Made by a program: the position numbers and the translations under genes
From: a virus
Reading direction: 5' to 3' (one strand)
DNA: 64,000 nucleotides
IMG/VR virus record: IMGVR_UViG_3300036985_010228
Coordinates: 1 to 64,000 of that record
Shown: positions 11,001 through 20,496 of the stretch, in pieces
How positions within the stretch are numbered: position 1 is the first letter of the stretch
Layout of the letters: each line of letters starts with the position of its first letter
Notes under the pieces: generated by a model
The model's database searches: none
Seen by the model: the letters and a program-made list of their open reading frames with translations, nothing else
Told to the model about the DNA's origin: nothing

Positions 11001-13565
11001 CTGTTCTTCGACATGGGCTCGAAGAGCGTTCTGTTCCGCCCCTTCATTCTGAAGAACATGACGTTCAAGGCGCTGACGACGGGGGCAAGTCCCTCGCTCC
11101 TCGGCCCTGTGACGTACACCGACGCGGCACTCAAGGACGGTGCGGGGATCTTCACGACGGGCCTGCAAATGGGCTTCCCGGTTCCGCCGGAGTTCATGCC
11201 CCGCTTCGGTCGCCAGGACATTCCGTACCACCTCCGCACGAGCACGGTCGATCCCTTCATGCCTGGGATCAACCACCTCTTCTGCGACGAGACAGACGAC
11301 ACCGCAGAGGTCTTCTGGATCGTCGGCGGCGAGGACAACAGCGGCTCTCCTGCGGCCAACAGGGTCAACCCGATCCTCTTCACGACCGACGTGGCGACGA
11401 TCCCCTACGGGCACCGTGGGTCCATGGGCGCACCGCACCCGGCCTACGGCGGTCGCAAGCAGTTCTACACGGACGTGGTCTCCTCGGACCTCGGAGTCGG
11501 CCTGCACGGGATCGAACTCCCCCCGTACCTCGGAGTCGCCCGCCTCTACGGCGTCTACGAGAAGGCGGACTTCCTCGCCAAGCTCGACCCCTCGTATATC
11601 GGCGGGTTCCAGGCTGACCGGCTCACCCCGATCGTCAACCCTCCGGTCAATCTCCTCCGGACCGGAGCCACGCAGCAGACGCTGTTCATTCGCCAGGGCG
11701 GCGGCAACGACGTGACGGGCACCTCGAACGCCCACACCTACCTGGTGCCGGACTCAGCGATCGACATTTCTCTCATTCCCACCTTCCTCAGCGGCAACAC
11801 CTTCACGAGCTTCGACTACGTCGTCGAGTGCGTGGTGTTCGGCTTCGGTGAGGGTTGGATCAACCAGAACAACTTCGTCCTCGCTCGCCGCAACACGGGC
11901 ACAGGCGCGGACGTTACTGACGGCAGCAACCCCGAACTGACCGACGTGAGCACGGTCCTTCCCTGTGCTGCACCTCGTGGTGACGCCCTCTATCAGGCAT
12001 ACGAGCGGACGGTCTACCAGGGCGACCCCTACATGACCCGCGACGGCTCGACGATCCAGGTCGCCGACTACAAGAGCCGCTACGGTCAGGTGCTCCAGTC
12101 GGACGCCTACCAGTTGGCGACGCCGATCGAGCAGTTCGACCCGACCACTGGCCTCATGAACGTGGAGCGTCCCAATCCCAGGGCGCTTCAGGTCGTGGCC
12201 TCCATGGACTTCTACACGACGATCGGCACCGGCAAGGTCGGCGGTCTCATGTGGGCCGGGACGCAGCTTGACGCTGGGTACCTCGACAACTCGACGGCAG
12301 GAGCCCTCGACCGGATCCCCGCCTCGTCCTCGTCCCTCCCGTGGCGGGTGAACCCCCGTGCTTTCACGGAAGGCCAACTCTCGAACACGTCCCGTGGGTC
12401 AGCCAGCATTCAGTTCTCGAATGCCAATCTGATCAACGGGGTCACCGCCACTCTGTATGTGACCCTGACACGGCCCGACGGGGTCGCCGTCACGTTCACT
12501 GGGGCGCTCGCTCCGGGCGTCGGGCTCTTCTTCGGGTCGAACACCCTCGACCTCGCTGCGAGCCTCGTCCAGGAGATCAACGCGAACGACACGCTGAGCC
12601 ACACCATGGCGGCTCTTGCGCTCGGGGACCGAGTCGTCGTCGTGGCGAAGGACGTGGGCACAGCCGGGAACGGCTCGACCCTCACACTCGGATACGCGAC
12701 GGCTCCTGTTCCGTTCGTTCCGGCCAACCAGGCTGCACAGATCCTCGACGGGTCTGGCCTCGGGGTCTACCCGTCGAGCAACGCCCACCCGGTAGGCGCT
12801 GTCGTGACTGCGGCACCGCTGGCTGGCGGGGTCAACATTCCGGTCAACGGTGGCACGGGCAACTCCGCAATCTCGATCGTCGGCATGACCGAGCGTCTCC
12901 CGCTTGGGATCCTCGTCAGCGACTCGGACTTCATTTCGGAGAACCCGCTCGGGGACAACGCCTCCGCCATGCGGACGTACCCCGGTGGGATCCGCCCCGT
13001 GTACTCGAACCTCCCGCTCACGAGCGGTGGCTCCGAGTACACGCGGTTCCTGAACGACCCAGGCTCGCTCCTCTCCATGAGCGACGGCGGTGTCCTCCTC
13101 TACACCCCGTACACGTCGAGCACTCCGGCGGGCTCGAAGAAGTTCCGTATCTTCCGTGGTGGCGGTGCGCAGTTCGTGCTGTCGGGCACGGCTCCTGGCG
13201 GCCCCGTGGATTGGGTGAGCGACTCGTTCCCTGCGAGCCTCAAGCCCGTCCTCAAGGGCGCAGCCCTCGCCTGCAAGGCGCTCCTCGTCCGCAACTTCCA
13301 CGAGGAGGCGTTCTCCGGGGCGGCTCCCAATCGGGTGCGGTCTGAGGGTGACGAGCTTCAACTCGTGATCCTCACACAGGCCGTCTACGGCAACGGGAAC
13401 ACCCAATCTGACGGCGTGACCCTCTCGGGTCAGATCTCTCCGACCGGCTACGGTGAGGGCTACTCGGCGTCCGACCGGTATCTGCTTGAGGGTCGTCCCA
13501 TGGACAGGGGCCGGACGCGCACGACACCTGACCCGGCACTCCAACCTGCGCCGTACTTCAAGTAG
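8046..13565 (+). CDS. Giant tail/baseplate-associated structural protein (1839 aa)
   Basis: N-terminal FTAVVWQADKPPLDSELNLMSQI and RTDLVFLEVW resemble starts of DUF4815/DUF6519-type tail proteins. A late segment (LAASLVQEINAN...VAKDVGTAGN...LAGG) is sheath-like. Confidence 0.75.
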   Translation: MAENWGPGVSRTLSALARQFTAVVWQADKPPLDSELNLMSQIDWESLSSVVRSQVHSGFFLDPTRAREDYEVDPLWTNQFAIGVPAVVNTVEEAEPVLIAAVNGWVFPIAGTQIDSVKNRIALYPPPTTDTRTDLVFLEVWRTIIAPNPSTANKPTAATIWKYGNVEYGGTNVTDDLEDPSIGFATTERVQLQYRIRVVGSGDGLGTSVDLANYPDGIDDPQVRAQGTAASPVPAFTFSNMRQELGDPSLWRAGDGDYLNALGTIDGYVYAVPICGIFRRNASPFVAVTSSGNPNQNGATERTPGSRSLPDPRNGARALAQAVLAADVTSTQTGPIVLTDLVNSALADPDLFPVGVTTRFLVLGSGIDREIIAFTGTDLVSTIYVPTPVPGVTSGRGRNGTMARPHLAGTAVVLYDSRPDGFYADQIVRDDLVDLRRAVNFGDWDYTRILQHAVASIAQGGLKTTFKQAGTGADTFGVVTTEVSYLWGVNTTPPPNHTEQIDGPDGIRTIWSDSAALQPDVTFMVDPNAPTTNGFADTTFSSSVVASWAVGADFQPSGFLNNPTTDGWTNGSVILVHLGGSSGTDGARAGFPQSPNPLAVRQVSPAEMWLSDGSVNLGEQHPWKLRFEGGPTAATPVLPATTPVANAFSAARITSPAVTGEPLVEHPGPMYPLREQNFERPFIVLGGVLNQALAYTAIPSTSTNFVNPISPDTRYQIRVPGLNFNTFTLPLLRGEKTLREMLTDGNRDRTGASSQVYVVVYGNALSKDNNGAFKVVGAGTAAASGGAYTDLLADAADQMVVLPLSADFAAFTHDPTQTVVLEFRSQTINAEDDKGRVSGPAGVALVFTDLASTVGGSGSPWNAANTGTLAVQQTGLPAKLIPVNSKAVITSTLLWSPNRGASTRVPSKMVRFSARASAATFLRNVPSVIDPEFSTLAPYPAGEREYDGTHVQLWNRLPSLGEFAPNAPSYGGLVVGRSEQDREHELFFDMGSKSVLFRPFILKNMTFKALTTGASPSLLGPVTYTDAALKDGAGIFTTGLQMGFPVPPEFMPRFGRQDIPYHLRTSTVDPFMPGINHLFCDETDDTAEVFWIVGGEDNSGSPAANRVNPILFTTDVATIPYGHRGSMGAPHPAYGGRKQFYTDVVSSDLGVGLHGIELPPYLGVARLYGVYEKADFLAKLDPSYIGGFQADRLTPIVNPPVNLLRTGATQQTLFIRQGGGNDVTGTSNAHTYLVPDSAIDISLIPTFLSGNTFTSFDYVVECVVFGFGEGWINQNNFVLARRNTGTGADVTDGSNPELTDVSTVLPCAAPRGDALYQAYERTVYQGDPYMTRDGSTIQVADYKSRYGQVLQSDAYQLATPIEQFDPTTGLMNVERPNPRALQVVASMDFYTTIGTGKVGGLMWAGTQLDAGYLDNSTAGALDRIPASSSSLPWRVNPRAFTEGQLSNTSRGSASIQFSNANLINGVTATLYVTLTRPDGVAVTFTGALAPGVGLFFGSNTLDLAASLVQEINANDTLSHTMAALALGDRVVVVAKDVGTAGNGSTLTLGYATAPVPFVPANQAAQILDGSGLGVYPSSNAHPVGAVVTAAPLAGGVNIPVNGGTGNSAISIVGMTERLPLGILVSDSDFISENPLGDNASAMRTYPGGIRPVYSNLPLTSGGSEYTRFLNDPGSLLSMSDGGVLLYTPYTSSTPAGSKKFRIFRGGGAQFVLSGTAPGGPVDWVSDSFPASLKPVLKGAALACKALLVRNFHEEAFSGAAPNRVRSEGDELQLVILTQAVYGNGNTQSDGVTLSGQISPTGYGEGYSASDRYLLEGRPMDRGRTRTTPDPALQPAPYFK

Positions 13566-13630
13566 CCTAGTCAGACCCATGTGGGGCAAGTAGCTCAGTG
13601 CCCTGGAAACTGAGACCTGAGAGAAACACC

Positions 13631-14092
13631 ATGACCCTCCGCTCCAAGCTCATTCGCTTGGCTCACCAGAACCCGGATCTCCGGCCCCACCTCCTCCCGC
13701 TGCTCAAGCAGGCGGCAGGGGAAGTGAACGTCCCTGGACTCCATATCCTGGGCAACGCTGTGGTGTCTGGTAAGGGCAAGGTGCTCATGCGAGCCCAGGC
13801 ACTCGGCAATGCCCAGGTGACTGGGGAGTCAAAGGTGTTTGGCCGCGCCCAGGTGTCTGGCAATGCCAAGCTGACAGGCAAGGCTAGGGTGTATGACAAC
13901 GCCCAGGTGGCTGACAACGCCCATGTGGGAGGTGACGCCCATGTGCATGGCAAGGCCAAGGTGTTTGGCACCTCTGAAGTGTATGGTAGTACCAGTATCT
14001 CAGGCACCGCCGGGATCCTCGGTGGCAAGTGGGACGGGTCTGAGGGGCCTATCACTTCTGGCCAGTGGAAGGCTCCGGGCGTTCCCGCCTGA
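13631..14092 (+). CDS. Left-handed beta-helix (hexapeptide repeat) protein with N-terminal LRSKLIRLAH tag
   Basis: Repeats such as GNAQVT, GRAQVS, DNAQVA, GDAHVH and GKAKVF follow an N-terminal MTLRSKLIRLAHQNPDLRPHLLPLLKQAA segment. Confidence 0.8.
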   Translation: MTLRSKLIRLAHQNPDLRPHLLPLLKQAAGEVNVPGLHILGNAVVSGKGKVLMRAQALGNAQVTGESKVFGRAQVSGNAKLTGKARVYDNAQVADNAHVGGDAHVHGKAKVFGTSEVYGSTSISGTAGILGGKWDGSEGPITSGQWKAPGVPA

Positions 14093-14132
14093 TCAACCAA
14101 TGGCTCGTAGTGTTCTGACTGGAGTGACCTGA

Positions 14133-14723
14133 ATGGATCCCAATGCTCTCCCACCCACTGACGGCCTCATGGCTGCTATCCAACAGCAGCACTGGCCGAT
14201 CGTCGCCGGGTTCCTGATCACCTTCCTTGTCTACGGGGCGAATCACGCTGGCCTTCAGGCGAAGGTCGGCGCGAAGTGGATTCCCCGAATCGCAATCGGG
14301 CTCGGAGTCCTCTCCGCAATCGCAGCCCAGCTTCTTCTCGGGATCTCCTGGCAGGAGGCACTCAGCAAGGGCTTCCTGGCAGGAGCCACGGCCACGGGCC
14401 TCTGGGAGGTCCTGCTGAAGGACCTGCTCCCCAAGATCCCCGACAAGACCGTCGCTGCCGTCGTCGAAGCCGTCGAGGCTGTCGTCTCGAAGGCGACTCT
14501 GAAGACCGCCAAGCCTGCTGACTCAGAGGCCGCCGCAACGACCGTCAAGGCCAAGAAGAAGCCCGGCCCCAAGCCTGGCACCAAGAAGGTCAAGGCGGAA
14601 GCTGTGGTCGCCCCGGCTGCTCCGGCAGAGGTCCCTGCGGCTCCGGTGGTTGCAGAGGAGCCCAAGGCACCTGAAGCTGCTGCTGAGGTTCCCGCCAGTC
14701 CGCCCGTCGAGCCGAAGCCCTAG
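14133..14723 (+). CDS. Membrane protein (holin-like, about 3 TM) with Ala/Pro/Lys/Glu-rich tail
   Basis: Hydrophobic segments WPIVAGFLITFLVYG, IAIGLGVLSAIAAQLLLGI and GFLAGATATGLWE; low-complexity C-terminus. Confidence 0.6.
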   Translation: MDPNALPPTDGLMAAIQQQHWPIVAGFLITFLVYGANHAGLQAKVGAKWIPRIAIGLGVLSAIAAQLLLGISWQEALSKGFLAGATATGLWEVLLKDLLPKIPDKTVAAVVEAVEAVVSKATLKTAKPADSEAAATTVKAKKKPGPKPGTKKVKAEAVVAPAAPAEVPAAPVVAEEPKAPEAAAEVPASPPVEPKP

Positions 14724-14762
14724 CCAATCTGAGTGCCGCCTCTGCGAAGGGGTAACCTACCC

Positions 14763-14978
14763 ATGCAATGGCGGCAGAGCCTTCAGGAGGACCGTGGTCG
14801 GATCTGGACCGACTACGTCTCCGACTGCGAGAAGTGGCGGGTGGAGCAGGGCCACTCGGTAGAGCCTGACGAGGTCTGGGCGCTGTTCAGCATGGAGTCC
14901 GGCAAGAGGAAGTGGACCTCCTCTCACCGGACTCTTGCTGAGGCGAAGGCCGCAGCCGAGGCTCAGAACAGTTCGTAG
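14763..14978 (+). CDS. Small hypothetical protein
   Basis: 71-aa ORF ending TLAEAKAAAE, common in small phage proteins; preceded by a GGGGTAA motif. Confidence 0.5.
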   Translation: MQWRQSLQEDRGRIWTDYVSDCEKWRVEQGHSVEPDEVWALFSMESGKRKWTSSHRTLAEAKAAAEAQNSS

Positions 14979-15796
14979 GCGCGGTTCCCGTTCAGGTCGA
15001 GGATCCTGTACTGGTGGAGCTTGTCGCCGACGATCTTGAGTTGCGGCCCGCTCAGTCGGCGGCCTTGGGAGACGTACTTCTGGGCAATGTCCTGGGCGAA
15101 GGTCATGACCCACTCGTCGTTGGCGCGCTTTGCCGCGACCCAGAGCCTGCGGAGCGCGTCGAGCCGAAGCTCACGAGTCTCGTCCACCTCACCCACAGGG
15201 TCAGGAGCCTTCGGGTTCGGCTCGATCTTCTGCGGGTCTGGCACCTTCACCGGGCGCTTGGACTCCTCCAGAATGAAGTCCCGCTCGCGGGGCATGAGCA
15301 CGCCGCCCTGCTCGATCTTCCGGTGGTAGGCGAGCAGTTCGTTGTCGTTCTTCCAGCCGGGGATCTTCTCGATCAGATTGAGCAGGTCGATCTTGTACTT
15401 CTCGCGGTCCTCGATCACCGAGATCGCGTCGTAGAAGTCCGAAGACGACAGGTACGCCTTCTTCATGGTCTCGACGCCAGCGGCCCAGGTCTTCTTCCAG
15501 CCGATCGTGCGCTTGAAGTGGCCTTGGCCCTGAGCCTTCTTGTTGAGCGTCCTGCCGGTCACGGTGCTGACGAGGGCAAGCTGCATTGAGGCTCGACCGA
15601 CGGCCATTGCGTCGTCCGCAGAGCCGATCGTGCTGGAGAGCTTCACGGCGACTGAGGGTGAGAGGGCGAGCAGGTAGACACCCGCAAAGCGGGGGTCACG
15701 CGACCACTTCCCACGGTAGCCGATCGAGTCGAGCCACCCCTCCAGTTCCTCACGACCGATCTGAACGTAGGTGGCTGCTGCCGTCACGGTTCCCAT
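14963..15796 (-). CDS. Hypothetical protein
   Basis: 277 aa, starts immediately after the helicase stop, typical codon usage. Confidence 0.7.
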   Translation of the reverse strand: MGTVTAAATYVQIGREELEGWLDSIGYRGKWSRDPRFAGVYLLALSPSVAVKLSSTIGSADDAMAVGRASMQLALVSTVTGRTLNKKAQGQGHFKRTIGWKKTWAAGVETMKKAYLSSSDFYDAISVIEDREKYKIDLLNLIEKIPGWKNDNELLAYHRKIEQGGVLMPRERDFILEESKRPVKVPDPQKIEPNPKAPDPVGEVDETRELRLDALRRLWVAAKRANDEWVMTFAQDIAQKYVSQGRRLSGPQLKIVGDKLHQYRILDLNGNRAYELF

Positions 15797-15797
15797 G

Positions 15798-18700
15798 TCA
15801 GTTCTCCTCCTGGGGAGACGCGAGGCGACCCCACTGAGCCTCTAGTTCTTCGGGCGGTGGCTCCTCCTGAGCCATGTGCTCGAACTGTGCGATCTTGGAC
15901 AGGGGGATCAGGAAGTCGCTGACGCTCGCCGTCCTGAGGTAGTTGGCGAAGGACGCGGCCCTCTCGCCCTCCTCCACTCCACCCTCCTCCACTCCGCCCT
16001 CCCCAGCCTCTGCCATGCCCTCTTCCTCGACGGTGCCGACGAGAGGGATACACGACTCGGACATGAACACGCTGGGCGACACGTCCTTGTCGTTCACGAT
16101 CTGGGGCTCCAGGATCGTGACCTTCTGCCGACCCCGTGTGAGGGCGACGTAGGCGAGGCGGCGCTCGGATTCCATCATCTTTGGGTCCTCCATGGACCGC
16201 TTGTGCGGGAACCCGCCGTCCCACATGGGAATGAAGAGGTTCTCGACCTCCAAGCCCTTCCAGCCGTGGACGGTTCCAAGCTGGACCGCGTCAGGCCGCT
16301 CGGAGGGCTTGGGCTCGGTCTTGCCCTTCTCGAACTTCTTCGGGACGTTCCGCTTGTTGGCTTCGACGAGCGTGGTGATGTAGTCCGTGAACTGAATCGC
16401 CAGGGGGAACTTCTTGGCGGCCTTCAGGAGCGGATTGATCGGAGCCATTGCGTAGCTCGCGAGCATTTCCGGGGTGATCTTCCCGTCCCCCTCGTCCGCG
16501 ATCATTTGCACTTCCGACATGGCCTCTGCGTCGTCCATGAGGCTGGCCGACAGGGAGTCCACGAGGGTGTCGCCGTCGGGTCCCTTGAAGTTGATAATGA
16601 AGTTGATCAGGTCGGTGGCGGACCCGGACCCGACCTTGGTGACCTCCTCCAGGTAGTCGGCATACGCCTGGAGCTTGTCCACCATTTCGCTCCGGAAGTA
16701 GACCTTCTTGGCCCCCTTCTTGTTGACGAGGAAGTCGTAGTAGTCGGTGACCTTCAACTCGTCCAGCTTCCCACCGAGCTTCGGGCCGTTGATCCCGAAG
16801 TCGGGGGCCTTCACGCCGTCGAGGACGCCCTTGTTCCGGGCCTGAACGCTGTCAGTCCGCAGGGTCGTGAAGAGGCCAATGATCGGCCCAATCGCCGGGC
16901 CGCCGAGGAAGTTCTTCTTGGCCCGGAAGGGGATCCCCTCCTCGATCATCTTCATTGCGAAGGCGAACAGTTCCTTGTTCGTGCGGACAGCGAGGCCGTA
17001 GTTCGAGTAGAACTTCCCCGTCTTCCCAGCCTGCCTGACCTCTTCGAGGTCGGCGAGGATCCCGTCAGTCAGCGACGAGGCCGCTGCGTCGAGGTCGCGC
17101 ACGGAGAGGCGCTGGATTGAACCCTCGCCCTCCTTGGGGTTCGACTTGCAGGTCATGGGGATCTGCTTCGCATTGTGGGCGATCAGCTTGTTCGCTGCGT
17201 CCACGATCGCGTTGCCCGACCGGAAGTTCGTGTCGAGGAGCTTCGTGGTGAAGCCCTCGCCGCCTGGGACGAGGTTGGACTTCTCGATGAACCGGTCTGG
17301 GTCAGCGGCTCTGAACTCGTAGATCGCCTGCTTGTCGTCGCCAATGAAGGCGAACGTGTCGGCGGACATCTTCCCGCTCGCCCTGGGCTTCAGGGTCTGC
17401 GGGTCGAGGTAGCCAGCGACGAGGCCAATGAACAGGTGCTGCGCGGCGTTGAGGTCCTGCGCCTCGTCCACGAGAATACACTTGTACTGCTTCTGGTACT
17501 TGTTGAGCAGGGCCGGGCTCTCAATCAGTTCCCGCGTGGGCTGAATGAGCATATCGTCGAAGTCGAGGGCTCCCTTGATTTGGGGGATATTCCCCTTGAG
17601 CCACTCGTAGGCACCGTAGACGGCAGAGAAGATCTTCTGCCTCTCCTGGCTCTCCGCTGCCCCCAGGTCGTTGCCCTCGTCGTCCTCGCCCACGGCTGTC
17701 TCGGGGGCCTTCTGGCTGTCCATGAAGATCGAGCCAGGGGCCTTGAGGCTGTTCTTGTTGAACGAGGTGAACTTGGTGAACTCGCCGATCGGAATGTCCT
17801 TCCGCTCGCCGTCCTGGTCCTCGACGGTGAAGTCGTCGTCGGACGCCCCAATGTTGAACCACTGACCGGCGGGGTTGTGGATCCAGTACTTGTACGGGGA
17901 GTCGGCGAAGTCGAGTACCTTCTGCTTCCTCGCCAGCGCCTTCTTCACTCCGCTCTCAGACACCCCGTTCTCGGCGGCAGTCTTGACGAGGACGTTCCGA
18001 CGGGTCAGCCCGGCGGCTATGAGGGGGTGGGTAATGATCCCTTCGAGGACCTGCTTCTCGTTGGGCGCAAGCGTGCTCGGGTCCTGCGTGAACATGGACT
18101 GAAGCGCCTTCAGCGCGTTCTCGGCCTTGTCCGCCCCGACGGCTGCGCGGAGTTCTGCGGTGGCCTTCTCCACGGTGGTCCCGCGTGTGTTCCAGCCCTT
18201 GAACCGACGGGGTTGACGCCACTTGGGGTCTGCGTCTGCGAAGTTGAGCTTCGAGCCGTCGATCCGCAGGTTGGAGAGAATGTCCCAGAAGTTGTCGAGG
18301 CCCGGACCGAAGACCTCGATCCAGTAACCGGAGCCAGCCTGGGTGACCTTGACCTTCGGGATCGACGACAGGAAGTCGTTGAGGGTGTCGATCGCGGCAC
18401 CCACGAGGGTCTTGAAGCGCCCCTCCTCCTGGAGGAAGAAGTCGAGCGGGCTCTTGGCCTCGACAGGGTTCTGCACCGGGGACTGCGTCTCGATTGCCGG
18501 GTTCTGGCGATCCTCCGGAGCACGCTCAGGCTCCTCGATCTGCTTGGCGCTCGGTGCGGCGTTCGGGAAGAACGACATGGCCTCCTTCGGAGGCAGCGGG
18601 GGCTGTCCGGCCCCCGCTTGCATTTTCACCTGGGCGATTGCAACCCGCATGAGGTTGGAAATGTCCCCGTCCTTGAGCACGTCGCCGCCCCCGCGCTTGC

Positions 18701-19793
18701 TCTCGCGCAGGATCGTGAAGCCGACCGAGTGGGTCGTTCCGATACCGGGCATCTTGTCGAGGTCAGGGATCGGGAAGCCGATCTCCCCGGCGTACCGGGC
18801 GATCCGCTCCTTGAGTTCCTCTGCGCTGTCCTTCGTGAAGCTCATGGCCATGACGTTGGACATTGACAACCCGAGGTCCTGGACGTGGTGGATCACCTTG
18901 CCCGCGAGGACGCGGGTCTTGCCCGAGCCTGCACCAGCGGCGATCACGCACTTCCCACGCACGAGCATTGCGTCCTCCTGCTCGGGGGTCATTCCGAGGT
19001 GGGCGCTGATCTTCGTCGTGTGGTTCCCCTTCTCCCCGATCTGGGCGAGCTTGGAGGCCGCGTGAGCCTTGACCGAGGCCGGGTCCTTCGACCGCTCAGC
19101 GACACGGGAGACCTTCTCCAGCAGGTCGGCGTTCTCCTCCGTGGCTTCGGCGGCTGCCGGGTCGGTCGGGTCGAGAGAGTCGAGCCTCCGAGTGTTCTTG
19201 GCGACCCGGTCGAGGATCATGTCGGCGGACACCACGTCCACGGCCACCTCCTCGATCTCCGAGACAGGGTTGCCGCAGATTGCAGTCGCCTCTTGGGTCC
19301 ACCGCTTGAGGAGGGAGAGCTTGCCAGACGCCATGCGGATTCCGGCGAGCTTGAACAGGCGCGGAAGCGGGTCCGTGACCCCGGCTGCCTGGCAGATCCG
19401 AACCGCCTGTGAGGCGTCCTCATTGAACACGTCGCGCAGGACGTTCGAGTGAGACTTCATTCGCGGGAGGAGGAACTCCAGGAAGTCCGCACGGAGGTTG
19501 TAGGCGGGGTACGCTGCCCCTCGAAGGGACATATCGATCCGCGTCTTCACCCGGAGCTTCGCCTTCTCGGCGGCGTCCCGGAGGAGCGAGTCAATCCCCG
19601 CGTCCACCGACGAGGCCACGCGACGAAGGGCGGCGTCACCGTCTCCCCGGTGCTTCTTGAGCCGCTCCAGGTCCACGCCTGGCAGCATGAGCGGGTCGTC
19701 CCCCAGGACGGCAAGGATCTGGTCCACCGAGGCGACCGCCAGGTAGTAGGCGGCCATGTCCAGGAAATCGGGGGCAAGGACTTGATCAGACAT
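15798..19793 (-). CDS. UvrD/PcrA-like SF1A helicase with long N-terminal extension and a large internal insertion
   Basis: Motifs AGAGSGKT, SFTKDSAEELKERI, GTTHS, LDFDDML, LVDEAQD, GDDKQAIYEFRAAD, TNFRS, VRTN, GTVHGWKGLE and ERRLAYVALTRG. Confidence 0.92.
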   Translation of the reverse strand: MSDQVLAPDFLDMAAYYLAVASVDQILAVLGDDPLMLPGVDLERLKKHRGDGDAALRRVASSVDAGIDSLLRDAAEKAKLRVKTRIDMSLRGAAYPAYNLRADFLEFLLPRMKSHSNVLRDVFNEDASQAVRICQAAGVTDPLPRLFKLAGIRMASGKLSLLKRWTQEATAICGNPVSEIEEVAVDVVSADMILDRVAKNTRRLDSLDPTDPAAAEATEENADLLEKVSRVAERSKDPASVKAHAASKLAQIGEKGNHTTKISAHLGMTPEQEDAMLVRGKCVIAAGAGSGKTRVLAGKVIHHVQDLGLSMSNVMAMSFTKDSAEELKERIARYAGEIGFPIPDLDKMPGIGTTHSVGFTILRESKRGGGDVLKDGDISNLMRVAIAQVKMQAGAGQPPLPPKEAMSFFPNAAPSAKQIEEPERAPEDRQNPAIETQSPVQNPVEAKSPLDFFLQEEGRFKTLVGAAIDTLNDFLSSIPKVKVTQAGSGYWIEVFGPGLDNFWDILSNLRIDGSKLNFADADPKWRQPRRFKGWNTRGTTVEKATAELRAAVGADKAENALKALQSMFTQDPSTLAPNEKQVLEGIITHPLIAAGLTRRNVLVKTAAENGVSESGVKKALARKQKVLDFADSPYKYWIHNPAGQWFNIGASDDDFTVEDQDGERKDIPIGEFTKFTSFNKNSLKAPGSIFMDSQKAPETAVGEDDEGNDLGAAESQERQKIFSAVYGAYEWLKGNIPQIKGALDFDDMLIQPTRELIESPALLNKYQKQYKCILVDEAQDLNAAQHLFIGLVAGYLDPQTLKPRASGKMSADTFAFIGDDKQAIYEFRAADPDRFIEKSNLVPGGEGFTTKLLDTNFRSGNAIVDAANKLIAHNAKQIPMTCKSNPKEGEGSIQRLSVRDLDAAASSLTDGILADLEEVRQAGKTGKFYSNYGLAVRTNKELFAFAMKMIEEGIPFRAKKNFLGGPAIGPIIGLFTTLRTDSVQARNKGVLDGVKAPDFGINGPKLGGKLDELKVTDYYDFLVNKKGAKKVYFRSEMVDKLQAYADYLEEVTKVGSGSATDLINFIINFKGPDGDTLVDSLSASLMDDAEAMSEVQMIADEGDGKITPEMLASYAMAPINPLLKAAKKFPLAIQFTDYITTLVEANKRNVPKKFEKGKTEPKPSERPDAVQLGTVHGWKGLEVENLFIPMWDGGFPHKRSMEDPKMMESERRLAYVALTRGRQKVTILEPQIVNDKDVSPSVFMSESCIPLVGTVEEEGMAEAGEGGVEEGGVEEGERAASFANYLRTASVSDFLIPLSKIAQFEHMAQEEPPPEELEAQWGRLASPQEEN

Positions 19794-19858
19794 TGAGGAG
19801 ACTCCCACAGGTGGACGGCTATCCTAGCCGTCCTATCGCGTAACTATGGCAGAAGGCC

Positions 19859-20473
19859 ATGCCCTACCGTACACCCTCACCACCACCCGCCCCGGAGACA
19901 CCCAAAGGGCTCGGAGCCGACTTCTGGAGCGGGTCCAACGGGTCCTCAGAGACCCGTGCAGCCATGGCTGCCGACAGCCAAATCATTGCGGGTCTGAAGA
20001 AACTGGTTCGCCAGTGGTACAAGACCACGCAGAACAAGTACCCGAAGGACTACCACGTCATTTTCCACGACCTCAACCTGGCCACGCTCGGCAAGGCCGA
20101 GTTCATTCGGGTGGGGGGCAAGTCCAAGTACCTCCTGGGGGTGCTCACCGCGACAGCCAGGGAGGAGGGGCTGCTCGAAATCGTCGGGAAGCTGTTCGAC
20201 CAATCCACGGGCAGCAAGCTGGAAATGGTGAAGTACACGCGGGAGTCCGCCGTCCGGTGGATCGAGAACGACCCGCAGGTCCGGCAGATCCTGGACGCCT
20301 CCTTCGCTGCGAACGTGAGCAAGCTCGACAAGTACCTGCTCGCCAAGTACCCGAACGTGCAGCCGAAGGACGTAATGGAGGCGGTCTACTTCAGGGCGGT
20401 CGCGAGGTACGAAATGCAGACGTTCGACTCGCCCGCCCTCGCCCACGACCTCTACAAGTACCTCTTCGACTGA
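19859..20473 (+). CDS. Hypothetical protein
   Basis: 204 aa with strong phage-like codon usage; CCTAT-N12-GCAG motif upstream. Confidence 0.7.
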   Translation: MPYRTPSPPPAPETPKGLGADFWSGSNGSSETRAAMAADSQIIAGLKKLVRQWYKTTQNKYPKDYHVIFHDLNLATLGKAEFIRVGGKSKYLLGVLTATAREEGLLEIVGKLFDQSTGSKLEMVKYTRESAVRWIENDPQVRQILDASFAANVSKLDKYLLAKYPNVQPKDVMEAVYFRAVARYEMQTFDSPALAHDLYKYLFD

Positions 20474-20496
20474 CCGGTAAGGTCGGGAACCCACCC

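Noticed and set aside
19846-20496. N-terminal 217 aa of the 611-aa ORF
   Set aside because: It overlaps the better-supported 19859..20473 gene in another frame; the enzyme starts at 20497.
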